From Hormiphora californensis (taxonomy: Eukaryota; Animalia; Ctenophora): DNA of 64,000 nt. Where the stretch lies: positions 4,278,001 through 4,342,000 of the forward strand of contig CM035356.1 in the NCBI GenBank assembly GCA_020137815.1, given 5' to 3'. Shown one piece after another: positions 23,807 through 39,647 of this stretch; the first letter of the stretch is position 1; each line of letters starts with the position of its first letter. The position numbers were made by a program, and so were the translations under genes. The notes under the pieces are model-generated. The model had not been told where the DNA came from. It did not search any database and saw nothing but the letters and a program-made list of their open reading frames with translations.

Positions 23807-24625
23807 TAAAACCAAAGTGACCAGTTTTAAACTGATCACCTCGGTACGACCCCTTGGCCTTGGTAACGAAATTATCCCGACCATGCAGGCAAACCTTACT
23901 ACTGCGATGGGATAATTTTATTACCACCCTGGACCCAGCCCATTTCGAATTCCGGTAAATCTGCATGGATGATTACCTTGCTCGGCCCTCTTTTCTTTAC
24001 AAAACAAGATGAAATGGGATGGAAGTTTGCAGTTGATGACTGCGGTGTTCCTCACGCTTTCCGGAATCTGCGATATGCAGGAATATGTCAGGAATTCGAA
24101 TGTTTTAACCTGTATTTTTACCTGTATTATATTCGATTATATAATGATAGCGAAGCAAAATACTTCGTTCTAAGCTCTTGTAAAACAGTCCCCAGACGAA
24201 AAAGGGAGACCGCACGCTATATAAACATATCTTGCTCCAGACCAACCCTGAGACAGTTGGATTTAATATTCCAAGATCGCGGTGCTTTTTTGGAATACAG
24301 TACTGATAATGAAAGTGGGATACCAAAGTGTAGTTGATTCCATGACTTATCTAATATAAGGGGTTTTACGTAACACGTATCCGCACACAACAACACCTTA
24401 CATGTGGTATGATAGAGGCCAAGAGTCTATAACTCACTTTGTTAAGAGTATAAGGAGGTTAACAAGAAAATCCACTATGACATACCATTATGCCGGTAAC
24501 CAGTGCACTTTTATTCGATATTTTTACGACACTGTTTTGGTTGGAAAATAATAGCAATCAATTAAATATTATCATACAATGAGGGTCAAAAATAATAGTT
24601 TATTGTTAAACTGCACAGTCCAAGT

Positions 24626-27600
24626 TTAGACTGGCAAATACCCACGAATCCCTCCGAAAACTCCAGTATTTGCAATACGATTTGCCGCCCATTCCAGGCC
24701 GTCTTTAGCCCATCCGCCTTCCCGAGTAGCGCTGTAGTAGACTCCGCCAGCTAGGATTGCCTGAGCAAGGAAAGCGATGCTGTATTTCCCTGCTGCTGAC
24801 AGTACCTCATCTTGCCATTTCTTGTTGTCCATACACTCCTGTGGGGACATTTTCTGTCATTTTCTGTAGCACAAATGGGAATATATTATTTATTGTAGCA
24901 GAACTAATAGAGCAGCAGATTTCAGCCTTTAGGCAAGCAGGATGTTTTATAAAAACAAATTTGAACCCCCAAAAACAGTAATTTGGCGGTTTGGTGTGCA
25001 TCGCTGCTACGTTTCAAGGTTACTTTGTACCTTGTATGTTAGTTTTCGTTGGAATCTGATGCTTGTGTAAAGAGGGACCCAGCGATCAGGAGACAGAGCA
25101 TGTAGAAGGTTATCCATGGCTTTACGGAGTCTGTAGAAAGAATTTGGTGGTTTAAATGCTCTACTATAATTATAGTACGGATCACCCACTCTTCTATTGT
25201 AATTATAGAAGAGTGGGTGATCCGTACTATTTCTACAATCTACCCTCTCTGTCTCCGAGCCCTGCCGTTAGAACATAACAAGTACAAGGTGGCCCGTACA
25301 AACACAAAAATAATCCATATCCATCATAAAATACCTGAAGAATGGTGATCGTACCAAGTCTCTCATTTCGACATAGTTGTACATGGCAAGATCACACATG
25401 GCATGAACATCTTCACAGCGAGACTGGGAGTAATGCTGGAGTGCAGTGTTTAGTGATTTATGTTCTGATATGAGGTCATCCAATACGAGGGCATCTTCAA
25501 ATCCACAGTTCATTCCTGCAAGGTTGGTGGTGTTGTTTTAACACAATATTATTCTGCTCTACGAAACTCAATCAATTTTTAGACGGCTGCAGCGAAGACT
25601 TCGACAGAATATTATCGTTTTGCTCAAAAAAACTCAATCAATTTTTAGACGGCTGCAGCGAAGACTTCGACAGAACTCTCAGCCGGCTGAGAGTTCTGTC
25701 GAAGTCTTCGTTGCCTTGGTAATGAAATCACCCCTCCGCGTTAATATAGGGATGACTTCGTAACCAATTGCTGCCTTAGTTAGTAACTATAAGACTACAA
25801 TGTACTAAAATATATGTTTTTTAGTCACCAACCTTCTCCGTCTGTGGGGGGAGTCAGGTGACTGGATTACTGACTCCTTGTGGCAGCCCATTGTCTATCT
25901 CAGGGGGTATGGTAGTCCCGCGGGGGACTAGGGAGGGGGCAGGGGGAGGGTATCTCTCGGGGAAAGACTAGGGAGTGGTCCCACAGCCGCGGTCCTGGGG
26001 CCTGATGGACCAATACGGGTGCGGTCAACCTGCAATAAATCGGCATTGCCCAAACAGAGGGAATCCAGCCCTATGACCTTATACCACAACACTCAAGTCT
26101 ATTTAACAGAACTTGGAGTGCCAACATTGCTAATACGCCAGGGCTCCTGTTGCCATCCTTAAACAGGCACCGGCAGGTCCAAATCAATTGGCCGGGTGTT
26201 CCAAAAAACACGTATAACACATATGTAGCTTATACACCATTGCTTACACGCCAGGGCTCCTGTTGCCACCCTAAAACAGGCACCGGCGGGTCCAAATCAA
26301 TTGGCCGGGTGTTCCCTTCCTAAAAACCGAGTAGGGGCATGGTGCCCCTGGGGAACCCCTGCCCAATTTTCAAATAGCGGCACAGGATAAGTATATCTGA
26401 ATTGCACTGGAACCAACAGCTCCGTGGCCGAATGGCCACAAGTTGGGCTAAGAAACACAAGATCCCAGGTTCAAATCCCGGTCAAGAGATTTATAATATT
26501 AGAGATCTTTTTTCACTTTTGCTTGATATTGAAGCATTTAAGTTTCCGATTATACCGGCGATTTAACACGATAAATACCGAATACTAGACAGGGAGACTA
26601 GGTGAACCTACCCTTACCATCGTACCTGAACCAAAAGAAGAACCCTACACCGAACAAAGTCAAGATCTAACTAAACTAACTACTTAATTTGACCACGAAA
26701 TCCGGGTTTTTTAGGTGAGCCAAAGCCGACCTCCAAAAGAAAATCGATTCATTACAAGTAGCGTGACGCGTCCATATGTGAGGACCCGGCGCTATCGTTC
26801 GGCAAAAACCAATTCTGGGAAAACCCCAGTACCGTAAGACATACACTCTTTGGATTTCCAGATGATCAAAGAAAATAGTAAATACCTATGACAATAAACA
26901 AAACCTAAAAACGGGGCACCGCTGTATTACACGGTAACCCCAAAAACGGGGCACCACGGCAACCTAAAATCGGGGCGCCACTGCACTATTATACGGCAAC
27001 CCCAAAAACGGGGCACCACTGCATTATACGGCAACCCAAAAACGGGGCGCCACTGCACTATTATACGGCAACCCCAAAAACGGGGCACCACTGTCTCACG
27101 CGGCAACCCCAAAAACGGGGCACCACTGCATTATACGGCAACCCAAAAACGGGGCGCTACTGCACTATACGGCAACCCCAAAAACGGAGCACCACTACAT
27201 TATACGACAACCCAAAAACGGGGCACCACTGCATTATACGGCAACTCTAAAAACGGGGCACCACTGTCTCACGCGGCAACCCCAAAAACGGGGCACCACT
27301 GTCTCACGCGGCAACCCCAAAAACGGGGCACTACTGCATTATACGGCAACCCAAAAAACGGGGCACCACTGCATTAAACAGCTACTCTAAAAACGGGGCA
27401 CCACTGTCTCACGTGGCAACCTCAAAAAAGGGGCACCACTGCATTATACAACAACCCCAAAAACGGGGCACCACTGCATTATACGGCAACTCTAAAAACG
27501 GGGCACCACTGTCTCACGTGGCAACCTAAAAAAAAAAAAAGGGGGCACCACTGCATTATACAACAAACCCAAAAACGGGGCACAACTGCATTATACGGCA

Positions 27601-30600
27601 ACCCACTGCACTATACGGCAACCCCAAAAACGGGGCACCACTGCATTATACGGCAACCCGAAAACGGGGCGCCACTGCACTATACGGCAACCCCAAAAAC
27701 GGGGCACCACTGTCTCACGCGGCAACCCCAAAAACGGGGCACCACTGCATTATACGGCAACCCAAAAACGGGGCGCTACTGCAGCACTATACGGCAACCC
27801 CAAAAACGGAGCACCACTACATTATACGACAACCCAAAAACGGGGCACCACTGCATTATACGGCAACTCTAAAAACGGGGCACCACTGTCTCACGCGGCA
27901 ACCCCAAAAACGGGGCACCACTGTCTCACGTGGCAACCTCAAAAAAGGGGCACCACTGCATTATACAACAACCCCAAAAACGGGGCACCACTGCATTATA
28001 CGGCAACTCTAAAAACGGGGCACCACTGTCTCACGTGGCAACCTCAAAAAAGGGGCACCACTGCATTATACAACAAACCCAAAAACGGGGCACAACTGCA
28101 TTATACGGCAACCCAAAAACGGGGCGCCACTGCACTATACGGCAACCCCAAAAACGGGGCACCACTGCATTATACGGCAACCCAAAAACGGGGCGCCACT
28201 GCACTATACGGCAACCCCAAAACGGGGCACCACTGCACTATACGACAACCCAAAAACGGGGCACCACTGCATTAAACGGCAACTCTAAAAATGGGGCACC
28301 ACTGTCTCACGCGGCAACCTCAAAAAAGGGGCACCACTGCATTATACAACAACCCCAAAACGGAGCACCACTGTCTCACACGGCAACACAATAACATGGC
28401 ACCACTGCAATATATGTAACGGCAACCCCAGCAAAACTGATTACGAAGTCTGGATTACTCCGATGAGTCACTAAAGGCTACCTCCCCCCTCCCTAAAAAA
28501 TCGATCCGTCACAGATAGCCTCAACAACAGCCAAGTCGCAAAGCCCTGAGCATAACAGGTCGGATCTGAAACCAAACGGTATGCAACAGTACTGGAAACG
28601 GTAATCACAACTGCAAAGTCGCCAGCCACTAGAGATATGGTATTGGTACCCCTATTCTAGATGGAACCCAATAACAAACAGTGCCACATGGGCCGACTCC
28701 TCTTCAAATGCAAATGCATGCGAACGACTCGGTGGACCGACCCCTCCCGCTATACCCAAACCATAAGGTATTAGCCATAACAAGGCAATGCGGGAGTGAA
28801 AAAATAGTGAGACGCTCTAGTTATGGAGACGTCGCTATCGTTCGGCAACTACCTACACCTGGGACAACCCAGGAACGTAAGACTGACACGCTTGTGTTAG
28901 TGCATCCGCTGTCGTAGGTAGGATTTATGCAAGAACTTATTAAGTAGGATCGTCTGTCGGTCTGCATCTCTAAGGTCATCGCTGTCGGAGGGGACAACGG
29001 GGTAACCCGTTTGAACACTGAAGGCGGCTTTGACCTGGGGGTGTGGGTCGGCGCTCGGGTTGTCGGTGTGTGGGCGCCAAGGGGAGATCCTACGGAAATA
29101 AGGGCTAGCTGATCCCCAACGTCAGCAGTGTGGATGGAAGTACGGAGGTACATATACACACACACACACCAACCTTCTCCGTAAAACGGTACCATAGCAT
29201 GAGCAGCATCCCCAATTAACATAGTTGAGTTAATGACGTGAGGAGAGCACTTTACAGACACCATCGGATAGCCTTTTGACCCTGTAACATGAGAAATTAT
29301 GACTTCATATGGGGGCAGTACAGGGGTAGATTATGAAAACACAATGATCGTGGGCGAATTTAATTTTGTTAGTTTACCGAGACATAGTTCAAGAATCCTT
29401 TCTTCCTCGATGAGCTCAATGGCATCAGGGAAATACTTCTTAAAGACTCCCAACACTCCCTCTTTGGTCTGCAACTCACTATAGATACTCTTCGGGTACC
29501 GAATAAGGTCATCGTCCATGACATGTCCTGATTTGGAAGCCCTGTAGGGGGATATTATCAAACTCAAGTAGAAAGAAACGGGTTCATGGATGCTAATTGC
29601 TAGGTGATTAAAGTATGAAAAGTGATTCCATACCAATGAGCATGAAGCTTCCCCGTGGCCAAATGTGCAGATAGTTCAGTGGCATCTTCGATTTCCCTGA
29701 TCGTTAGGTAATATAGACAACTCAATGTACAAAGCGTCGATATACTCCTGGCTGTAGTTGAAGGAGGTATCCCGCAGGAACTTGGGCTCGAGTTTTAGAG
29801 AATGATCCATCAGCACTGAAAAGGGAGAAACAGTATTGGTCACAATATGCAGTATAGAATATGGAGTTTAATTTAACAGGATAAATAGCGGGTTATTGTT
29901 TTTATGATGGCTCATAGAGATAATTGGTCTATGCGGCTTCATTCTTCAATCAAGATATTTTGTTTTATGAAAACGCAAGTCGCAACCCGCATAGATTCAC
30001 CAGCTGACTCACCTAACAATAGTAGCAAACTTTTTACTGCCCTACTCCTGCAAAATCAACCCTATTCTCCTTTATGTTGACCTTTTCGAGCTTGTGCTCA
30101 AAATGCATTTTGACGTTAGGATGGCTCTCAGGCGTGGGTTATCAGCAGCTTGTTAATCTCTGTCCGGGAAATCGAGTACACTGCCTGAAAAATACATTCA
30201 CTTCGAAATACATCTAACGATATATAGGACTGATCGCAGTGAGACGGCACCAAGTACCAAGAGGGCTCAATTGATGGACTGATCGCTATAATATTGGAAT
30301 ATTTTAGTACTTGGATATCTCATATACATGGTAGCATACGATAATGCCTTTGAGCAATAATGCCTTTGGGGAGTAACAGCATAGATAATTGGGTAAAGGC
30401 AAAAGCGTCAAAACACCGATAATGCCTTGGTGCAGGCATTATCGGTGTTTTGACGCTTTTGCCTTTACCCAATTATCTATACTGTGGAGGCATTGTTGTA
30501 ACGTGATCCTGAGGGCAATATGAGTTTTAAAACACCGATAATGCCTTCAATCGGTACCTGATTAGACATGAGAGCTCCTCTAATCGGTGTAAGCTCGCAT

Positions 30601-33600
30601 GTCTCGTTCAGTATGCTAATCAGTTGCCAGGCTTGGATACGTGATAGAGGCGGTTCATCTAACGGCTTGTTACAACGATTAGAGGAGATCTCATGTCTCA
30701 TTCAGTATGCTAATCGGTTGGATCGGATGCCCAGATACGTGATGTGGGCGGTTCATCTAACGGTGCCCACGCATTCTTCTCTCTCGTTAGTCTTTACGTC
30801 GCTCTCACTACGAATGCGCGGCAAATTTCAACAGGCGTTCATAACTGAACGCCTGCTAATTCTCGTTGAATTTCTCGTCGAAGTTCACGTCGAGATATGG
30901 CAATTATGTCGGATGACCACTGTGAATCACGTTTGATCCTATCAATCTCGCTTCCGAGTGTCCTCCTTCTCGAGGATTGCATCTACACACGCCGTGTTTC
31001 TGTCTGTCTCTGATCTCAGCTGAAGTATACTCTTCTCCAGAGTCATGATCTGTCCGGTGCTAGCCCACTCTTCCGTCGGTGGACCCGTCATCTGGGCCGT
31101 CATCTGGTCTACCTCCCGTGGTGGTGTTTTGGTAGTGGCGTGCATGACGGGCGTGCTCTTCGGTGGGATATCTGGGAGTTTCCCACTGGAGTATTTTCTT
31201 CTTCAGACAGAGCGACACAGAGAAGGGGATAGGGTCATAGCGATAGAAACCTTCCCCGAATCGTGTCTCATATACCGTCTAACACTCTTTAGGCTTCCCC
31301 GAATCATGTTCTATATCTCGTATCGTCTCACACTGCTAATAAGCTTCCCCGAATCACATGGTTCATATCCCGTATTGTCTCCCACTGCTAATAAGGCGTC
31401 CCAGAATCGTATCACATGTCCAAGCAAAGGCAAAACTGTCAACATCTGGGGTAAACCGCAGTTTTGCCTGCGATATATTTATCGAAGGCAAAACTGCGGT
31501 TTACCCCAGGTGTTGACAGTTTTGCCTTGGGTCAGTTTTGCCTTTCCTTTGATTCTAATTAGGTAATTTAGAGTGAAGGCAAAACTGACCAAAGGCATTA
31601 TCGTACGTAATCATATACATAATAGCACACATTACTAATTATCGCAATATTTCATTTCATCGCTATAGCTAACCTGATCTTTGACTCCATATGGTACTGG
31701 GTACGTACTACCATCAATATTGTGTATCATCCGTCCGTACAAAGGGATACTAAAATGAGTTGTCATCAATAAATGAAGTGGATGGAGGCATCTGAGTAAT
31801 TACTCAGAATCTGACACATATTTTCACAGATATTAGTTTCAGTCTCACATATATTGACATTATGTTGACTCTAAACTTTCAGTTCAAACCTCTTGCTGAG
31901 TACGGTATCCTTGACTCCTATGCGCTCTAAGGAGTCCAGACCTCGGATGGCAATGGTCATATTGATACTCCGACCCTGAACAGCATCTTGCTTCCTGATA
32001 TCAGACCTGGAGAATAGTATACAAGGTGGGCCACGGATTGTTGGTCATGGTTAGCGAGGTGGTGCGTCAAAACGGTGATAGTTGTGAGAATAAAAATTAT
32101 GGGAGCACTCTGGATCAATTCCTTGGTAACTTTTTCTATAATTTTTTGTCAAAAATTCGAAAATTCATTTTTCATTCCTTCATTCATTTCTCGTTCATTC
32201 ATGATGTGAGCATCCTAATTTTCCATCATTATGCTATTTTTCTTTGGCTTGAATTTATCTTTCCAATGAGCACCATGAAAATGAAATTGAAGCACCAGGT
32301 CACTCAGCAGTTGAGAAAATGTTCATGCATGATTTTGGCTCTTTTTGCGACTTTCAAACAGCTGTATCACAGCTACCTTTCGTTCAATCTTCTTAAAACT
32401 TTGGGAAAACATTAGATAAGCAAAGATCTTTGCCCACAAGAAAAATCAAGGCCAAAGGTCAAAGTTCATTTTTAATTTTTGTTAGTTCATTCCGTTCATT
32501 CAGGAACCAACATCCCTAAAGTGATGAAAAGGTTTGGGTTTTGTTTGGCCCTGCAATGACAGAGAGGTGTAATAGACAGAGAGGTGTAATAGCGTGTTTC
32601 CGGGCTAGTTTGTGGGTCTCCATGTGATTATGATGATATCTGACACCTTTTCTGAGCCATGATTAAGGGATTTTCTCAAATTCAAGCATGTAACTTGGTT
32701 TTTCTGCGATTAGTACCGTGCAGCAATGTTATGAGATCTCATAACACCTCAAAAATGATGATTAGCTCAATGAAATGAGTTGATTTATGATTGAAAAGAT
32801 TAAACCGATGTCAAATTGAACGAAACGAACAATTACATCATAAATCAACTCATTTCATTGAGCTAATCATCATTTTTGAGGTGTTATGAGATCTCATAAC
32901 ATTGCTGCACGGTACTAATCGCAGAAAAACCAAGTTACATGCTTGAATTTGAGAAAAAGGTGTCAGATATCATCATAATCACATGGACACCCACAAACTA
33001 GCCCGGAAACACGTTATTACATCTCTCTGTCATTGCAGGACATGGGCCAAACAAAACCTAAACCTTTTCATCACTTTAGGGATGTTGGTTCCTGAATGAA
33101 CGGAATGAACTAACAAAAATGAAAAATGAACTTTGATCTTTGGCCTTGATTTTTCTTGTGAGCAAAGATCTTTGCTTATCCAATGTTTTCCCAAAGTTTT
33201 AAGAAGATTGAACGAAAGGTAGCTGTGATACAGCTGTTTGAAAGTCGCAAAAAGAGCCAAAATCATTGGCCACATTGATGCCTGAGTGAGATCGAGGTCG
33301 CGCAGCGACCAAGATCGATCTCACATCTAGGCCTCCGGCGCGTTATTGATTTTAGAGCAAACTTTTTCAAAGACCTGGCTGCAAGGAACTACTGAACCGA
33401 TTTGCATCTCGTTTGTTGCTCCTGACAGACAATTGTCTCTAGTTTCACGGAAAATACCCGCGAGTATCAGCATTTGAGGAATAGTGGGTCAAAATTGACG
33501 CTAAACATGAGCAATTCTTTAAAGACCTGGCTGCAAGCTCCTACTCGGTCCTGGGACAATCTGCGGGTACTGGGGGAATCGTCATGGCCTTGTGAGTATG

Positions 33601-34418
33601 GGAAAATACCCGCCGATTCATCACGATACGAAATGAGGCCATAATTGACCTTTGAGTAGTGCTAGGTCAGCTAAAAAGGTCTCCAAAAACGGTCTATCAC
33701 GCGCGATCTGCTGAAAACGTGCTTTATATCGCGCGCACGTGAGTTCTTGCTCTCAACGGGCCGGGATCCTATTATTCGCGGAGCGAGAATAGGATGCGAT
33801 GGATCCAACCAAAATCATGCATGAACATTTTCTCAACTGCTGAGTGACCTGGTGCTTCAATTTCATTTTCATGGTGCTCATTGGAAAGATAAATTCAAGC
33901 CAAAGAAAAATAGCATAATGATGGAAAATTAGGATGCTCACATCATGAATGAACGAGAAATGAATGAAGGAATGAAAAATGAATTTTCGAATTTTTGACA
34001 AAAAATTATGGAAAAAGTTACCAAGGAATTGATCCAGAGTGCTCCCATAATTTTTATTCTCACAACTATCACCGTTTTGACGCACCACCTCGCTAACCAT
34101 GACCAACAATCCGTGGCCCACCTTGTATACACGGTCAATGAATCGCATTGTTACCATTCGACTACCCGACTCCTAATTTTACATACACGTCATTGGTCAG
34201 TGGCCAATGGCCATGTCTCACGTGCTATCTGAATCCTACCTGTACTCATAAAGATCCACGTTGTACCCACGTTGAGCTAGCATGCAGGCGGTTAGGGATC
34301 CCACCAGTCCAGCTCCAATGACAGCAACGGATGTTCCTCCAGTGGAGCTGATCTTTGCAGAGCTGGAGGGATCCAACTCGTTACAGTCAACATCGTCCCA
34401 CGAAACCAGGCTTGTCAT
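24626..34418 (-). CDS. KMO: Kynurenine 3-monooxygenase-like gene, copy B; frameshifting indels in exons 4-6 (assembly error or young pseudogene)
   Basis: Same 10 exons: 34418-34240, 32006-31890, 31749-31674, 30184-30013, 29815-29634, 29541-29378, 29281-29174, 25515-25335, 25130-25031 and 24838-24626, all with GT-AG sites. About five 1-2-nt indels versus copy A between ~29490 and ~30132; exons 1-3 and 7-10 are open. Confidence 0.85.
26418..26487 (+). ncRNA. tRNA-derived segment (SINE head or tRNA pseudogene) with Pol III A and B boxes
   Basis: A box TGGCCGAATGG (26425-26435) and B box GGTTCAAATCC (26468-26478) at tRNA-like spacing; the acceptor stem does not pair, so it is not a functional tRNA. 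Confidence 0.6.
26903..28430. repeat. ~33-35-bp minisatellite of ~1.5 kb inside the retroposon
   Basis: Unit GGCAACCCCAAAAACGGGGCACCACTG followed by CATTATAC, CACTATAC or TCTCACGC; higher-order re-duplication is visible. Confidence 0.95.
30339..31603. mobile_element. 1.27-kb non-autonomous TIR element in KMO-B intron 3
   Basis: TA|CGATAATGCCTTTG...CAAAGGCATTATCG|TA; strong subterminal hairpins at ~30382-30480 and ~31428-31527; absent from KMO-A intron 3. Confidence 0.75.
32022..34125. mobile_element. 2.1-kb foldback (almost fully palindromic) Tc1/mariner-type element in KMO-B intron 1
   Basis: TA|CAAGGTGGGCCACGG...CCGTGGCCCACCTTG|TA; the arms pair inward to ~32820. KMO-A has the empty site AGTATATACACGG (~20478), which shows the TA duplication. 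Confidence 0.9.
33267..33808. mobile_element. 542-bp insertion nested in the right arm of the foldback
   Basis: CCAAAATCAT is duplicated at 33257-33266 and 33809-33818 and the left arm shows the empty site; GC-rich hairpins near both ends. Confidence 0.75.
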
Positions 34419-35149
34419 ATTAAAACTGCTGGACTAGAAGATGGTTGTTGTTCTTTGGAGAATAGAGAAATAAAGAAGGTAAGTCTATGAATGCAGAAGA
34501 TTGTACTCTGTATTTAGGTGCCGGCACAAATTGAGCTATGGCTTGCAACAGATGATCGCATACTCTGCTCAAAATATAAATAAACTGATTAAAATGATTA
34601 CAGCTACTGCCTAGCCCCTTCCTAGACTGTACATATAAATATTCAGCAACATGGCGACTAGACTTTAGAGCAAAGAAAACATACGTACATCATGTGTGAA
34701 GAACAACACTATATAACTGATGTGTGCTAGAATATTCGAATTCTTAGAAAGGCTTATTTATTTTCTTATTTTCATAGAAAAGGTGGTAGTTGAAGTTCCA
34801 GTTCGATAGTTACCGGTTACGACCGGCTTCCAGGAATCTACATAGTTCATCTATATAATAGCAAACAGGATCAGGACACACACGTATACAAGATAAATGG
34901 TGGTCAGATAGTTCACAGAAATAGGTAGTGGAATGATATCCTTTATCAAATACAGTTACAGAGCTATATCAAATCACGTACATGGCTTTCGGAGAAAACC
35001 GATCTGAGTTCTCGGATGCTGCACATAGCTAGGAAAAGGAATGGCGATCAAATCATGTCTCATTCCTATAAACCTCAACTAACGAGAAAGATGGTCATCA
35101 CACCGTAAAGAGCTTTACAACTTGGTAACATGGACACCTGTGTGCGAGA

Positions 35150-37740
<2,591 letters not shown>

Positions 37741-39590
37741 TCAGATATACAACAAACAGTACATCTCGTATGGGGATTTTTCTAGAAAATCCAGGGCTGA
37801 TTGTGATTGGTTAATTGTAACAAATTAAAACATCCTTTTTCATCTTCTTATTACTCTGTGTGACTACTGCTGCAGCAGGTCATTGCATTGAAGGCACCGT
37901 GCTGCAGCTCTGTTACTAAAGAGTGGTCCACCTTTATCGAATCGGTACTTCTGTCTGGACGGGTGCCTTAGACCCCACTATTATAGGGAGAGAGTTATAT
38001 ATCCCAATCTCATTTTGTATTTCTTATATTATTGTGCACTGTTACTGGAGGGATGCAGAAACCCCATAACAACTAAATAGCAGCTGGTCATGGTGCAGTG
38101 TCCCATACCTGATAATAATCTAGATTTTATTCTTCCATTGGTAGTCACTAGTCAGTACTATTTACTATTTACTACAACAACTGCAGTCATCTTCTTGTTC
38201 ATTCAATTCTTTGTAATGAACTACTAAACTCGTTTACCCACCCCCAACCATTTCGGATTCCGCACTTTCTTCTCCCCCAAGTCCCTTTCATTAACTACAT
38301 TCTAGATATCACCCCCTTCTCCAGCCGTAGTAGGCAGATCTTTTCCAACGACATTTTCTCTTCTGATCCCACATCAGTTCTATTTGATTACACAGTGGTA
38401 TTGTGTTGGAAGTGCCACCAGAGTTTAAAACCAGCACTAGTGCGGTGTGTCCTCTCTCTCTCATCTCTCTCTCTATATATGTATCTCTCTCACTCTCTCT
38501 CTCTCCCTATCTCTCTCCCTCTCTCGCTTCCATACGAGATATATCCGTTCACATGGAGAGAGAAAACCAGTTCACTTGTCGACTTCTAAGCCAGTTGTTT
38601 TATTTACTTCAAAGAAACGATCAGCTTGTCGATGGAGCAGGGGATTTGTCACCAGTTAGCTTGTATTTTGCTACTATGCTACTTGTTCTGACGATAGCTT
38701 TTTGTACTTACGTACATTTGAAATCATATTAAATATTTTCAATTTTACTTTATTCCGTTTTAACTTTCATCATTCCCACTCAACTTATCCACGTTCTCAC
38801 TGTTCACTGACTGACAATAACTTTAACTGTTGGGTACCAAATTAAAAAGGATTCCATCTCCTCAACTTCATTGAGGAGATGGAATGAACGACTTCATCAA
38901 TCAGCAATTCTTCTACAGTTCATTGAATGGCGATGATTTTAACATCTGGGACCTGGGTACTAAATTAAAAAGGATTCCGATTTCCGTCTCCTTCAGCTTC
39001 ATCAAGCAGCAATTCTTCCAAAGAATTATTCCCACCTGATACATCTCCTGATCGTGAAAGATCTGCTTCATTTTCTCCTTCTCCTATTAGACCACAGATC
39101 AGCCAAGTAAGGACCTCTCATGCAGGAGCTTCGATTCATACTGGGCATTGAATTTATGCGGCCGATATTAGTAGAGCACCTGCACTGGTGTATATTTTAT
39201 TTGATGTAGTTCGGTTTGGTTGGTTTCCGCATAGTTGGCACAGCGGATTTCCGTCGTCTATAAACATCCTCCCCTTTTCTTATAAACTGTTTCAAATTGC
39301 GTGCATAAATATTCCAATCTCCGAAGTGGTATTGTCATATTATATTCCAACGGTAAATCCGCAGCTGTGTGAAAGATAGAGAGATAGAGAAAGAGAGATA
39401 GAGAGAGAGAGAAAGATAGAGAGAGAAAGATAGAGAACCATTCTTCCATTGTACGAGAGATCTAACATGCACTGCCTGAAATTGTGCAGAAAAAACAGAG
39501 GACTTCGTTTCCTAGCAGCAAAGAGAGAGAAAGAGGGAGAAAGAGAGATGGAGAAAGAGGGAGAAAGAGGGAGAAAGAGAGAGAAAGAGA

Positions 39591-39647
<57 letters not shown>

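Larger units (their letters stand above)
25842..29166 (+). mobile_element. 3.3-kb non-autonomous non-LTR-type retroposon with 16-bp TSD and (CA)n tail
   Basis: CACCAACCTTCTCCGT at 25826-25841 and 29167-29182; a single paralogous site in KMO-A (~18492); the element ends in TATACACACACACA; no RT ORF visible. Confidence 0.8.

Noticed and set aside
26001-26035. Hammerhead ribozyme at CTGATGGA
   Set aside because: The core is not CUGANGA and no GAAA follows the stem.
26418-26487. Functional tRNA gene
   Set aside because: A and B boxes are present but the acceptor and anticodon stems do not form, and it sits inside a retroposon.
26903-28430. CRISPR-like look of the ~33-bp repeat arrays (also 22327-22823, 42508-43001, 45600-46084)
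   Set aside because: The units abut with only a few recurring variants, there are no unique spacers or cas genes, and the context is eukaryotic introns or intergenic DNA; these are minisatellites.
30942-31566. 67-173-aa ORFs inside the intron-3 TIR element
   Set aside because: No recognisable domain; they overlap internal repeats and hairpins.
32026-34157. Near-identical 129-aa and 134-aa ORFs on opposite strands
   Set aside because: They are a by-product of the foldback arms; no transposase motifs.
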